DNA from: a virus
Direction: 5' to 3' (one strand)
Length of the DNA stretch: 64,000 bases
Virus record (IMG/VR): IMGVR_UViG_3300023178_000043
Location: 2,728-66,727 of that record
The notes under the pieces were generated by a model that saw only the letters and a program-made list of their open reading frames with translations, did no database searches and was not told the origin of the DNA. Positions 34,294-45,300 of this stretch are shown piece after piece. Every line of letters starts with the position of its first letter. Within the stretch, counting starts at the first letter, position 1. Made by a program: the position numbers and the translations under genes.

Positions 34294-35559
34294 ATGGTTA
34301 AAAATCTATTTTTTGATAGTGAAATAAGAGGTCGTTCTACACCCTTTGGCCCAACCCCACAACCAGTTGTAGTTCAAGATATAATTGTAAATGAAGAACA
34401 CCCAGAATATTCTGGTGATGGTTTTAATATTGGAACTGTGTTTTTCAAATACACCGGAATGGGCGGACACCACACCACTAGAGAAAGCCTATTCAGTGCT
34501 CGTCCAATGGATATTAGTATGCAAGAGTATCCATTGGTCGGTGAAACTGTGTTGGTTCAAAAAATAGAAAATGTTCATTATTATACAAAAAAGATAAATG
34601 TAAATAAAACATTGCAATATAATGCTTTGCCAAATTCAATAGAACGTTTTAGGGGAGCTAAATCACAACAAAATAGAACTATACAGAGTGAACAAGCTAA
34701 AAATGATATATTACAACAAACGGATGGTAGTATACCAGAAGAACCACTTTTTAATTCAAGTTACACCCCAAGAGAAAATGTAAACAGTTTAAAATATTTT
34801 GATGGAGATGTAATTTTACAAAATCGTTTTGGGGCTACAATACGTCTTGGTTCTTCGCAAATGCAAGATTCATTTAATCAAAACTGTCAAATAACTACAA
34901 ATGATAATGGACAAGAAATTTGTGTACTGGGACCAACAAATAGTGGTAAAACTGATGCTATTTTAGTCATGAGAGTTGGTCAAAAACAAAATTCAAACAC
35001 AACAACTGACACCTCATACGCACTTACAGTAGAAGATATAAACTTAGATTCTTCTTGTTTTGTTATGTCAGAAAAACAAGATATAAATTTTTATTTTTCT
35101 TCTAATTTTTTTACATTAGAAGAATTGGAAATAACAGATTATAAACAAACCATAGATGATGGAACGGGAAATAATAAAACTGTACTGTCTGAAAATCAAG
35201 CAATTTTGAATAGTGGTAGAATTGTTTTAAATTCAAAAGACAATGATGTAATACTTTCATCAGAACGAGATAGTATTTTTGGTAGCAATAGAAATGTAAT
35301 TGCTGACGCCGGCAATAATATTTATTTAAATCCGGCTGTTGGTAAAATATTTTTAGGGACCATATCGGGTGATAACTCAGTAGCAAAATATGAAGAGTTA
35401 AAGGTGGTTTTAGAAGATATATTGAATATGATACGTACATTATCAACTACTCCCGCATCACCGGGAGCGCCACTATCACCTCCAGTTGCTGCCAAAGTAT
35501 CTAGTACGTTATTAAAAATATTTGACATAGAAAGCAACCTAGTTAAAATAAGAGACTGA
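34294..35559 (+). CDS. baseplate hub/spike (gp5-like)
   Basis: YPLVGETV OB-fold motif, GDVIL..RFG..IRLGS, beta-helix-like ILNSGRIVLNSK; next to gp25. Confidence 0.6.
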   Translation: MVKNLFFDSEIRGRSTPFGPTPQPVVVQDIIVNEEHPEYSGDGFNIGTVFFKYTGMGGHHTTRESLFSARPMDISMQEYPLVGETVLVQKIENVHYYTKKINVNKTLQYNALPNSIERFRGAKSQQNRTIQSEQAKNDILQQTDGSIPEEPLFNSSYTPRENVNSLKYFDGDVILQNRFGATIRLGSSQMQDSFNQNCQITTNDNGQEICVLGPTNSGKTDAILVMRVGQKQNSNTTTDTSYALTVEDINLDSSCFVMSEKQDINFYFSSNFFTLEELEITDYKQTIDDGTGNNKTVLSENQAILNSGRIVLNSKDNDVILSSERDSIFGSNRNVIADAGNNIYLNPAVGKIFLGTISGDNSVAKYEELKVVLEDILNMIRTLSTTPASPGAPLSPPVAAKVSSTLLKIFDIESNLVKIRD

Positions 35560-35589
35560 ACTATTTATAAAGGAACATAGGAGTACATT

Positions 35590-35997
35590 ATGACTAGTAA
35601 AGAATTATCCAAATTAATCAGAGAGTTTGTTAGAAAAGAAATTGAACACCAAAAGGCAGAGATTATCAAAGAAGTCAAAGCCGAAATGTTTGATTTAATG
35701 ATGGCTTCTAATAGACCACAACCACAACTACAAACCGAATCTGTTCAAGTAGGTACTGGTGGAACAGGAACACCAACCGCAACCGACATGACAAGAGAAT
35801 CACTTAGAGAAATGTTTACATCTAAGTTAGGCATGGACATGGACTCGTTTAATTTTAATACGCAAAATGTCCAAGTCGGTCAACCACCAACACTACCACA
35901 ATCATTTAATGGTGGTCCAATTACAGAAAAACACCAAGAAGTATTTGATGTAATGAATAAAGATTACGGTGCGTTGATGAAAAAAATGGGAATCTAA
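35590..35997 (+). CDS. hypothetical protein
   Basis: 135 aa, AGGAG SD. Confidence 0.75.
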   Translation: MTSKELSKLIREFVRKEIEHQKAEIIKEVKAEMFDLMMASNRPQPQLQTESVQVGTGGTGTPTATDMTRESLREMFTSKLGMDMDSFNFNTQNVQVGQPPTLPQSFNGGPITEKHQEVFDVMNKDYGALMKKMGI

Positions 35998-36000
35998 TAA

Positions 36001-36375
36001 ATGGCTAGGGGATTCACATTACCACTTGAACGAGGAACAGGAGGATACTTTCAAACATCCGAAACTGTATTAGAACAGGTCAAGAGTAATTTTATTAATT
36101 TAATTTTAACAATCCCCGGCGAAAGATTCAACAATCCAGAGTTTGGTTGTGATATTCATAGATTGGTTTTTGATTTTAACAATGATGATTTTTCTATGGA
36201 AGCTAAACGTGTTGTCAGAGAGGCGGTAGAAAGGTGGATGCCATATTTGGAATTAGAAGAATTTGTTTTTCAACCAACAGATGACGATAAAAATAATTAT
36301 AGAGCTAGTATGTATGTAAAATATAGGTTATCTGAAAATCCTAACTTCAGTGATGAAGTATTGATACAATTTTGA
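36001..36375 (+). CDS. baseplate wedge gp25-like protein
   Basis: NLILT.PGER...PEFG, A..RW.P. Confidence 0.9.
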   Translation: MARGFTLPLERGTGGYFQTSETVLEQVKSNFINLILTIPGERFNNPEFGCDIHRLVFDFNNDDFSMEAKRVVREAVERWMPYLELEEFVFQPTDDDKNNYRASMYVKYRLSENPNFSDEVLIQF

Positions 36376-36384
36376 GGATATTAA

Positions 36385-38340
36385 ATGGCAATCAATAGAA
36401 CTTCAACTGTTAAGTCGTCTAATTTAGTAGATAAAAAACAGGTAAAATATTTAAACAAGGATTATTCTGAGTTTAAGAAAAATTTGGTTGATTTTGCTAA
36501 GTTTTACTTTCCAGATACCTATCAAGATTTTAGTGATGCTTCTCCGGGGTCTATCTTTATTGATATGACTTCTTATATTGGAGATGTCCTTTCTTACTAT
36601 ACAGACTATTCCTTTAGAGAAAGTTTATTAGCATATGCACAAGAACGAGAAAATATTATTGCAATTGCTCAGGGATTGGGATTTAAACCAAGATTGACAT
36701 CACCATCCACTTGTAAGGTTGAACTGTCTGTTCTTGTTCCGGCCGATGCCGATGGAAATTTAGATACTAAATTTTTACCTCGTATTGACGCTGGGTCTAC
36801 ATTTGGAGCTACAACACAATTTGATGCCGGAACATTTTTGACTCAAGATATATGTGACTTTGCTGATAGTACTAATTTAGATTCTAGACCATTTTCGGTA
36901 GATAATACAACAAATTTAACTACCACATATATTCTTACAAAGAAATGTACAGTTGTTTCTGCCACCGAAAAAACTTTGGAATACACTGTCTCCAATCCTA
37001 CAAAATTTCTAAATATAGAAATATCAGATTCAAATGTAGTTGAAATAGTATCTGTGATAGATGATGAGGGTAATGTTTGGTATGAGGTAGATAATTTGTC
37101 GCAAGATTATAGATTTGAAGACACTATAACTAGTGTGCTAAATTCTAGGACAGCACCCCTTTATACTATAAAAAGAGTTAAAACAAATCGTAGGTTTATT
37201 ACCAGATTGAATAGAGATAACAAAATAGAATTAATATTTGGGTCAGGAACGGGTGATTTAGACGATGTATATGAAAACCCAGACTATAAATCTGTATATG
37301 ACCAACAGTATCTACAAAATATGACCAATGTTTCACTTGATACTCTTAATTTTACAAATAGTAATTCATTTGGATTAGCTCCAGCAAACACAACGTTAAC
37401 CATTAGATATAGAATTTCTAATGGACTTCGTTCTAACGTTCCATCTGGAACAATTACCAAAGTTAATAATATTAATGTTCTAAATGAAACCAGAACTCTC
37501 AGTCCTGCAGACCTCTCCACGTTTAATACAATGGTTTCTAGTATTACAGTAATTAATCAAGAACCTGCAACTGGCGGCCTTGGTAGTCCAACAACAGAAC
37601 AATTAAGACAAGCTGCTATTGGGTTTGTAAATGCACAAGGAAGGGTCGTAACAAGTCAAGATTATGAAAAACGTATATTGTCAATGCCTTCTAAGTATGG
37701 AGCGGTGGCTAAAGTATTTGCTATAAAAGATGCCGGCATCAGTGATATAGAAAAGTATCAAGATAATGAAGGTGAAGATGGTGGTATAGATAACGATGTT
37801 ATATATGTAGATGACAGTCCTGTAAATAATAATGTAAATTTATATATGTTGGGTTATGATAGTGATAGAAGATTAACTAGTTTGAATAGTGATGTAAAAA
37901 TAAATGTAAAAAGATTTTTACAAGGTTATAGAATGATGACCGATAGAATTAATATTCTAGATGCATTTAGAGTTTCCATTGGAGTAAATTACACTATTGT
38001 GGTTTATAAAGGGTATAATTCATATGAAGTTTTAGCAAGATGTTCTGATGCTATAGCTCAATATTTTAATATTGATAATTGGAATATTAACCAACCAATT
38101 ATAATAGATGATTTGGTAGCAATTTTAGCCTGTGATGTTGAAGGTGTTCAGTCAATAGCAAATATTGATATTGTAAACAAATACCAACAACGTGATGGCA
38201 ACGATTATGCTCCATATCAATACAATGTTTTAGTAAATGGTGGAAATAGAAGTAACAACATCATATACCCATCCGCAGACCCGTGTATATTTGAGTTACG
38301 TTACCCACAAAACGATATCGTAGGGACGGCACTACAATGA
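36385..38340 (+). CDS. baseplate wedge protein (gp6-like)
   Basis: D.S.ASPG..FID..SYIGDVLSYY.D, AQGLG, FG.G, Q.R.VT..DY. Confidence 0.85.
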   Translation: MAINRTSTVKSSNLVDKKQVKYLNKDYSEFKKNLVDFAKFYFPDTYQDFSDASPGSIFIDMTSYIGDVLSYYTDYSFRESLLAYAQERENIIAIAQGLGFKPRLTSPSTCKVELSVLVPADADGNLDTKFLPRIDAGSTFGATTQFDAGTFLTQDICDFADSTNLDSRPFSVDNTTNLTTTYILTKKCTVVSATEKTLEYTVSNPTKFLNIEISDSNVVEIVSVIDDEGNVWYEVDNLSQDYRFEDTITSVLNSRTAPLYTIKRVKTNRRFITRLNRDNKIELIFGSGTGDLDDVYENPDYKSVYDQQYLQNMTNVSLDTLNFTNSNSFGLAPANTTLTIRYRISNGLRSNVPSGTITKVNNINVLNETRTLSPADLSTFNTMVSSITVINQEPATGGLGSPTTEQLRQAAIGFVNAQGRVVTSQDYEKRILSMPSKYGAVAKVFAIKDAGISDIEKYQDNEGEDGGIDNDVIYVDDSPVNNNVNLYMLGYDSDRRLTSLNSDVKINVKRFLQGYRMMTDRINILDAFRVSIGVNYTIVVYKGYNSYEVLARCSDAIAQYFNIDNWNINQPIIIDDLVAILACDVEGVQSIANIDIVNKYQQRDGNDYAPYQYNVLVNGGNRSNNIIYPSADPCIFELRYPQNDIVGTALQ

Positions 38341-39356
38341 GTAGAGTATATTTAGAACCAACCAAGGACGCTACTATCTATGAAGTATTCAATACCTTAA
38401 ATACGGGATACGATGAGATACTAGAAGTCGGTAAGTTAAGAAATGACAGACAATACACTAATGGCGCTGTCCGTTCGTTAATACAATTTGATTTGACCGA
38501 CTTACAGGGAGCGCCTACAACATCTGTGGTCTTTCTTAACTTGACCGTTGCACACTCAGAAAAACTTCGTCAAGATGAGTTAGTGTATATCTGTCAAGTA
38601 TCAAGTTCTTGGAACGAGGGTTCTGGATATACAATGCAAACACCATTCGTTTCTGATGATGGTGTGACTTGGAGAACAAAAACAAGTGGGTCATACTGGA
38701 ACGCTAGTGGAAGTGACTACCTAACCGACATCGTGGTCAGTCAATCCGTAACCGATTTAACCAATGATGAACTAAGAATAAATGTAACAGATTTGATTGC
38801 TCCAATGATTTCTGGGTCATCACTGACCGACAACTATGGACTAATTTTATTCTTTACGGGTAGTTCGGAGGAAGATGACAACAACGAAGGCAACATTAGA
38901 TTCTTCTCAAGACAAACACACACAGTACACGAACCACGACTAGAACTTGCTTGGTTAAACCAAACATTTACAACTGGTTCGTTGTCACAACTATCAAATT
39001 TTGACATTGAGTTAGCACCAAAGAACTTAAAGTCAGAATACACAAAAGGTGACAAATCAAAACTATACTTTACAGTAAGAGACAAGTATCCTGCTAAAAC
39101 ATACACAAATACTTCCAGATTCAGTAACAAATATTATCTACCATCTGGTTCACAATTTAGTATTGTTGACGCTGGGTCAGGAACAACGGTTGTTCCATTT
39201 GACCAATACTCGCACGTTGATTGTGATACTGTTGCGTCATATGTCTTAGTTGATACAACACCATTATACAAGAACAGACATTACGACTTAAAGTTAAAGG
39301 TTACTTTAGGTAGTGAAACAATGATAACAAAACCATTTAGGTTTAAAGTTGTATGA
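38337..39356 (+). CDS. DNRLRE-like domain virion protein
   Basis: KDATIY, N.G.DE.L, RSLIQFD, W.EG.G, NYGL.L, F.SR, P.L. Confidence 0.65.
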   Translation: MSRVYLEPTKDATIYEVFNTLNTGYDEILEVGKLRNDRQYTNGAVRSLIQFDLTDLQGAPTTSVVFLNLTVAHSEKLRQDELVYICQVSSSWNEGSGYTMQTPFVSDDGVTWRTKTSGSYWNASGSDYLTDIVVSQSVTDLTNDELRINVTDLIAPMISGSSLTDNYGLILFFTGSSEEDDNNEGNIRFFSRQTHTVHEPRLELAWLNQTFTTGSLSQLSNFDIELAPKNLKSEYTKGDKSKLYFTVRDKYPAKTYTNTSRFSNKYYLPSGSQFSIVDAGSGTTVVPFDQYSHVDCDTVASYVLVDTTPLYKNRHYDLKLKVTLGSETMITKPFRFKVV

Positions 39357-39592
39357 GTAATTTAAATGGAAGAACATTTGTTGCTAGAGTCACTAGTAAT
39401 TTAGAACCAATATCTACAGAATCAACCTTACCAGAATTGGCTGTATATCCAAGTGAGGTAAAAAGAATTGTAGTTAAAAGGGTAAAACAAAATTATCTTG
39501 AACCACAATTGATAAAATTAAGAACTAATACATTTGAAATAATTCAAAGAAATTTTAATGAAATCTATAATACAGAATTTGAGGAATTTTAA
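39353..39592 (+). CDS. hypothetical protein
   Basis: 79 aa, coupled to both neighbours. Confidence 0.65.
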   Translation: MSNLNGRTFVARVTSNLEPISTESTLPELAVYPSEVKRIVVKRVKQNYLEPQLIKLRTNTFEIIQRNFNEIYNTEFEEF

Positions 39593-40524
39593 TGCTTACT
39601 TCTGCAAATTATAAACAAAATATTGGTGACCCAAGAATACAAATAGGAGAAAAAATCCAACGTGTACTCACGGACCCCCAGTATATAATTTCTAGAGATG
39701 AATCTAATTTTTATTTTGGAGTAGATAGACCTAGAGAATTTATTGAAATGCATTTTTATGTGCCCAATACAGAAACTCTTGTGTACTCTGCAGCAATACC
39801 GTTTAATTCAGGTATATCAGAGGGAAGTGGGTCGTTTATAAAATTAACAGATGTAGACGAAACAGATAAGATGTTAAATTTTGAATTATTTTTGTGGAAT
39901 CAAGACGGACAATTACCAATTAATATACAAGATAACTACCTTAGTGAATTACAGTCTGGATTTTATGATGTTGTTATAAACTTTTTTGCAGATGAAGTTG
40001 GAACATATGAAGATATTAATTGGAGAATAAAATCTGTATCTCCATCAAGAACAGAAATTGTGCTTCACGCCGCTCCAGAAACAGATGGGTCAGGAGTTGT
40101 AAATTTTGACGATAAAATTACTAGAGACTATGAACAGTTTACTACTAGTTCTATATATTTTAATGATTTTCGTGAAATTTTATTAGAAAATATAAATCCA
40201 CAAGATGACGATACTTTAGATTCGATGTATCACGATGTAGAAGACAAACTAACACAGACTCAAACAGATTTTATAGAGAACAGTTATAGTTATAATGATT
40301 TTGAAAATGATGTCATACATATATTAAAAACTGTAGCGTATGATATAAGTGATTGGATGGCTACAGAAAAAAGTTCAAATCTCTCCGGCGGCGCCAGATA
40401 CAGAATACAACAAGATAGATTTGAAAAACAATTGGATGAAATATTAGATTCGGTTGTGGGTGATCATGAAGTAAAGCTAAGGTTGAACGCATCAGGTCAA
40501 ATTCCATTTATAATTAACGAGTGA
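39592..40524 (+). CDS. putative baseplate-region protein
   Basis: 310 aa, I..VSPSRTEI. Confidence 0.65.
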   Translation: MLTSANYKQNIGDPRIQIGEKIQRVLTDPQYIISRDESNFYFGVDRPREFIEMHFYVPNTETLVYSAAIPFNSGISEGSGSFIKLTDVDETDKMLNFELFLWNQDGQLPINIQDNYLSELQSGFYDVVINFFADEVGTYEDINWRIKSVSPSRTEIVLHAAPETDGSGVVNFDDKITRDYEQFTTSSIYFNDFREILLENINPQDDDTLDSMYHDVEDKLTQTQTDFIENSYSYNDFENDVIHILKTVAYDISDWMATEKSSNLSGGARYRIQQDRFEKQLDEILDSVVGDHEVKLRLNASGQIPFIINE

Positions 40525-40528
40525 AAAA

Positions 40529-42370
40529 ATGCCAGTAAAATTTTATGCAACAGTTAATAATAACGACAAGATAACTACCTTACTAACTGAGCCTACTAAG
40601 TTTTCGAGAACGTATACTAACGGTCATCTTCCAACTGAAGACGGTGATGAAGACGTAATTCAACGATATCGTATTGAATTGGACAATGAACCTGACATAA
40701 AAATAAAATTTCCTGCTAAAACTAACGAAACCGGAGATGGCACACTATTCGAAATATTTTTTGAATCTCAAAATCAAGATGGCGATTGGGAAGAAATAAA
40801 TAATACAGAAATAGATTACCGTGATTTTAGTAATGACAGATATAATTTCAGAATTCGTATAAACAAAAATGTATTACAATCTTTAGATGGAACTGTACAA
40901 TCAAATAAGTTTTTAAGAAATTTTATACTAAACGGTTTATCAACTGGTCAATATGGATTTAGATTAAAAAATAGTGTATTGTCTTTTGAAAATATGTCTG
41001 TATCTAGAGTTACTTTAGAGGTGAATCTTTTAAAAGATGGTGAAGTAGTAGATTTTCCAGAAAAATCTAATAATTTATTTGGAGTACGAAAAAACCCTCT
41101 TGATGTTGGTGTATTTAGAACCCAACCTTTAGTAAAAGGATTTATTGATGACAACAGACCAAATACCTTTTTTATTGAATTTGAAAGAACTGGGTTTGGA
41201 AGTGATGTTGATGATGAATATGAAATATATTTTAAAAGTAGTCTTAATGGATTAGAGACTGATACTTCGTTGCCATTTAAATTAATTAGTGGGCAGTTTG
41301 TTGAGGAAAGACAAGAATATATGACCAGAATGACAGTCAATGGTCAACAAACATTTTCAGAAGATATAAATGTATTAGAAAATGGACAGATAGATATACC
41401 AGAGGTTGGAGTATTGGTATATAAATTCGACCCCTCCTCAGGCGACACCTTTGGTGCCAGTTTACGAGAAGATGAAATTTATGCATTCTATATAAATGCT
41501 TCGGGAGTTAATGTTAATATAGATGGTTTAACAATAGGTGGTCTAAAGCCTGACCCACAGAGTACAACCGGAACAAAAACGTTTGGTCCGTTCTCACCAA
41601 ACATACCAGTAGAAATACGCGGGGAGATGGGTGTTGGTAACACCGGAAGATTAACATTGACTCATTATGCATATTTGAGTGATGAACTGGGAGAGCAATT
41701 GTTTGATGATTACGGAAACCCAGTATCTTCACAATTAGACACACAACAGACCGTGTTTAACTTACAAAAACAAACACCAACTGACCCACCACCAACTGAC
41801 CCACCATTCAATCCAAGTCAACTATTTACATTAAATACAGCACAACCTCCTCGTGTGGTTGACATTATTGCTACCAGACCCATTCCTTTTTATCTTAATG
41901 ATGATGGTCAACCTTTAGAAGCGGGAGAGTCTATACCTTTGGCCTTAAGAGTTAGAGAGGTATTGTTTGATGGTCCAGCTTCGGGCAGTATTAGTTTTGT
42001 TCTTGAGTTTGATGTAGATAACCCAACTGAAGGTGATTCAAAAGATACATATTTACAATACAGACAAGTTAATGGTTCCGACCAACCAAGTTGGTATACG
42101 ATACCAAATGATGTTACTTCAATATATGAAGATGGAATAGACAATCCCAGTTCTCCTATTTTGTTAACCACAGAAAGAGTAAGTACAGGTGCAAATTTGG
42201 TTCGAATCGGTCTAACTCCATACACTACAACTTTACAAGATGTTTATGAATTTAGGTCAATATCAGTAACCAACCCAGATATAAAAACATTAGGTGATGA
42301 TAGAATTACATTAATTGATTTGTCTCCAAGCGGTGACATCGACGAAACGTATATTAACCGAGCCTTTTAA
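40529..42370 (+). CDS. putative structural protein
   Basis: 613 aa, acidic, beta-rich, PTDPP linker. Confidence 0.65.
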   Translation: MPVKFYATVNNNDKITTLLTEPTKFSRTYTNGHLPTEDGDEDVIQRYRIELDNEPDIKIKFPAKTNETGDGTLFEIFFESQNQDGDWEEINNTEIDYRDFSNDRYNFRIRINKNVLQSLDGTVQSNKFLRNFILNGLSTGQYGFRLKNSVLSFENMSVSRVTLEVNLLKDGEVVDFPEKSNNLFGVRKNPLDVGVFRTQPLVKGFIDDNRPNTFFIEFERTGFGSDVDDEYEIYFKSSLNGLETDTSLPFKLISGQFVEERQEYMTRMTVNGQQTFSEDINVLENGQIDIPEVGVLVYKFDPSSGDTFGASLREDEIYAFYINASGVNVNIDGLTIGGLKPDPQSTTGTKTFGPFSPNIPVEIRGEMGVGNTGRLTLTHYAYLSDELGEQLFDDYGNPVSSQLDTQQTVFNLQKQTPTDPPPTDPPFNPSQLFTLNTAQPPRVVDIIATRPIPFYLNDDGQPLEAGESIPLALRVREVLFDGPASGSISFVLEFDVDNPTEGDSKDTYLQYRQVNGSDQPSWYTIPNDVTSIYEDGIDNPSSPILLTTERVSTGANLVRIGLTPYTTTLQDVYEFRSISVTNPDIKTLGDDRITLIDLSPSGDIDETYINRAF

Positions 42371-42385
42371 CCCAGAGTTTACATA

Positions 42386-45300
42386 ATGCCACAACATCGT
42401 GACGAACAAAATGAAAATGGCGGCGATTTAGAAAGCGGCAGAAGAACTGGTACCGGAAATACTGGCACTGGAAATACTAGCGGCGGAAATACTAGCGGCG
42501 GAAATACTAGCGGCGGTGGTGGTCCTATAAGCACAACAATAAATGGTCAATCGGGAACCCTTGTATCTTTTGATTTTGAAATTACAGTAGAAGAACACGT
42601 AACTGTTCCTCTTAAGAGTATTTTAAAAGAATTAATTCTCACCAAATTCAGACCGGAATTCGATGACTATTACGATGATATGCGTGTTGCCAAAACATTA
42701 CTCAATCTTCGTAATGATAGACAGGTTCCAATTTTAAATTGGAAATCTGTAGGTGAGGTTGAATATGATGAAGATGGAACAATTACAGGATATCCAGAAA
42801 TTGCATTAAAATTATTAGAACCATTAGATACAACAGAGTATCCTATAGATACAAGTGCATTTATTTCTAGAGAAATGTTAAGTAGTGTATATGAAAAATT
42901 ACACTTTTTGACTATTGAAGAATTACTGGTTCCACAATTAAGACCCGCTCAAAATGTTTCTATTGGCAATTTGTCTAGGGTAACCGCTACCTTAGAAGAA
43001 CTCATTCCAAATATTGCTGGTGGTGAAGGAACCTTGCAAGGAATAAGCGAATATAGAAATTATGTGACAAATAATATATTAGAAAGTTTGTATAATAATA
43101 ACTCAGGATTTGATATAAATGTAGACTATTCTAATTTTGAAAATTTTGTTACATTTGGGTCGGCACAAAAACGTTTGGATGTATTTAAAGCTAAATTAGA
43201 ACAAATAGAGAATTATGTTTTAGACGCTCCAATATACATTGAAAATCTTAATATTTCTGCATCCGCTGCCGATACTGGAAGCTATGAAACAGTTTTTGGA
43301 ACTCTTTCAATTGATTCGGTTGGTAGTGCTAGTTTAGAATTAACTGGTTCTTCTAATCTTTATGATGTTCTTTACAATGGCAATACTGTAGATGAAACGG
43401 CCATTAACAGTTCAATTAATACATCTATTAAGATACAAGAGTTGATGCGTAGTTTTGATGGATATGAAAAAGAATTGTGGTTTAGAACAGGACTAGAATA
43501 TACTGCATCAAATGGTGAATACTATAATACAACACAATATCAAACAGATGACTACACCTATCCAAAAATATTAGGAATTCCATTAGCAACTACACATGAT
43601 TCCTCATCTGCTTGGTACACATCAATGAGTGTGATTGCTACTGATTATGATAATGACAATCAAAATATACTAAGTAAAAATGTTCCAACGTATATTCAAG
43701 AAGATGAGTTCTCTGGTGATTTTGTAACCTTTACAGAAATGATTGGTCACCAGTTTGATAATGTAAAAACATATATTACAAACTTAGAAAATATATCTTC
43801 TAGATACCCCAAGGTTGACGAAGAAATTTCTGGTGATATGGCTAAGAAGGTTCTTGAGTCATTTGGAATTAGCGCTCCAAGTATTGCCAGTGTAGAAAAG
43901 CTGATAAATTATGTAACGGGTAATAATACAAATGACCCATACAAAGATATCGCTAATGAATATTATAAGAGATATTTACACGCACTACCATTCCTACTAA
44001 GAACTAAGGGAACAAAACAATCCGTTCATTCGTTGTTAAACGTATTTGGAATCAATCCAGATTTAATTACAATAAAAGAAAATATATCAGGCAGATACAC
44101 AAGTTTAGAACCAAAGAAAGTAACTACAACTGAACAAGATTTTGTTTTAAATGTTCCAAGTGGTTCATATCTAGTTGTTCCATTTAGCTCAAGTTTGAGA
44201 GAACCACAAACAATACAATCTACTTTTGCTTTAATAGACGACAGAACACAACCTGTATTTAGATTTGATAATGATTACACAATTCAAGCAACATATCATC
44301 CAGACGGTTCTACAAATACCTACTATGCCAACACAGGTAGGATTGACCTTATGTCTGCATCGGTTGCATTGGTCACCAGTAGTTATTTTGATTTGTTTGA
44401 CGCAAACTATGTCTCACTGCAATTAAAATATGATAGTGCTGGTGCTATACTTGACATTAGAAAAATAGAAAACGAGGACACAACCTTCACACAATCATTA
44501 CAAGAAACTCAAATGAGTATGAGTGCTGATTGGTCGGGGTTAGAAGAACTGTATATCGGTATTCCCGCCGCTTCTGCTAGTGGTGCTGAATACACAAGTG
44601 CTTCTCTTGACGAGTTTAGAATGTGGGGAGACACAATAACAGAAGCTAAGTTTATTGAGTTTGCAGAAAACCCCGGTATGTATGCCGGTAATACTTATAC
44701 ATCTTCTCTAGAAGACTTATATGTTAGACTATCATTTAACTTACCAACGGATGTTAATACAACTGGTTCCATTCCAAATACAAGTCCTTATGTAAGTAAA
44801 TCAGTTGCGTTAGATTTGACCAATATAACAGCCGGAGAGTTCCCAGTGGGAACTTCACCATTATATAATACATCAAGAATAATCAGATCTGTAACACAAA
44901 ATTCTTATTTTGCATCAGATACTACAGATATGATTAGAATTGCACCCGATCCCCCAGCAACAATGTCATTAAGTAGCACAGACACAACGGTTGGTGTGTA
45001 TGAAAAATTCCTGACTAGTAGTGTAGCTACAAACGAATTGGATATTTCTATATCACCTGTGGACGCAGTTGACAGAGAAATTATTCGTTCGTTTGGTAAT
45101 ATACAACTTGGTCAATATTTGGGTGACCCAAGAGATACAAATAGAGAAAGTTATTCTGGATTAGATGCATTAGAAACTGTATTTATTAGAGAATTAGCAC
45201 CAACCATAAATCACAATGGTTTTGTTAGATTCTTTGATAAGTTCTTAAATAATTTCTATGAGTCAATAGAACAATTCTTGCCTGCTAGGTCAAAGTTGAG

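Noticed and set aside
42455-42514. CRISPR array or regulatory repeat
   Set aside because: In-frame 15-bp coding repeat with no spacers; no repeat-spacer array or cas gene seen in the window
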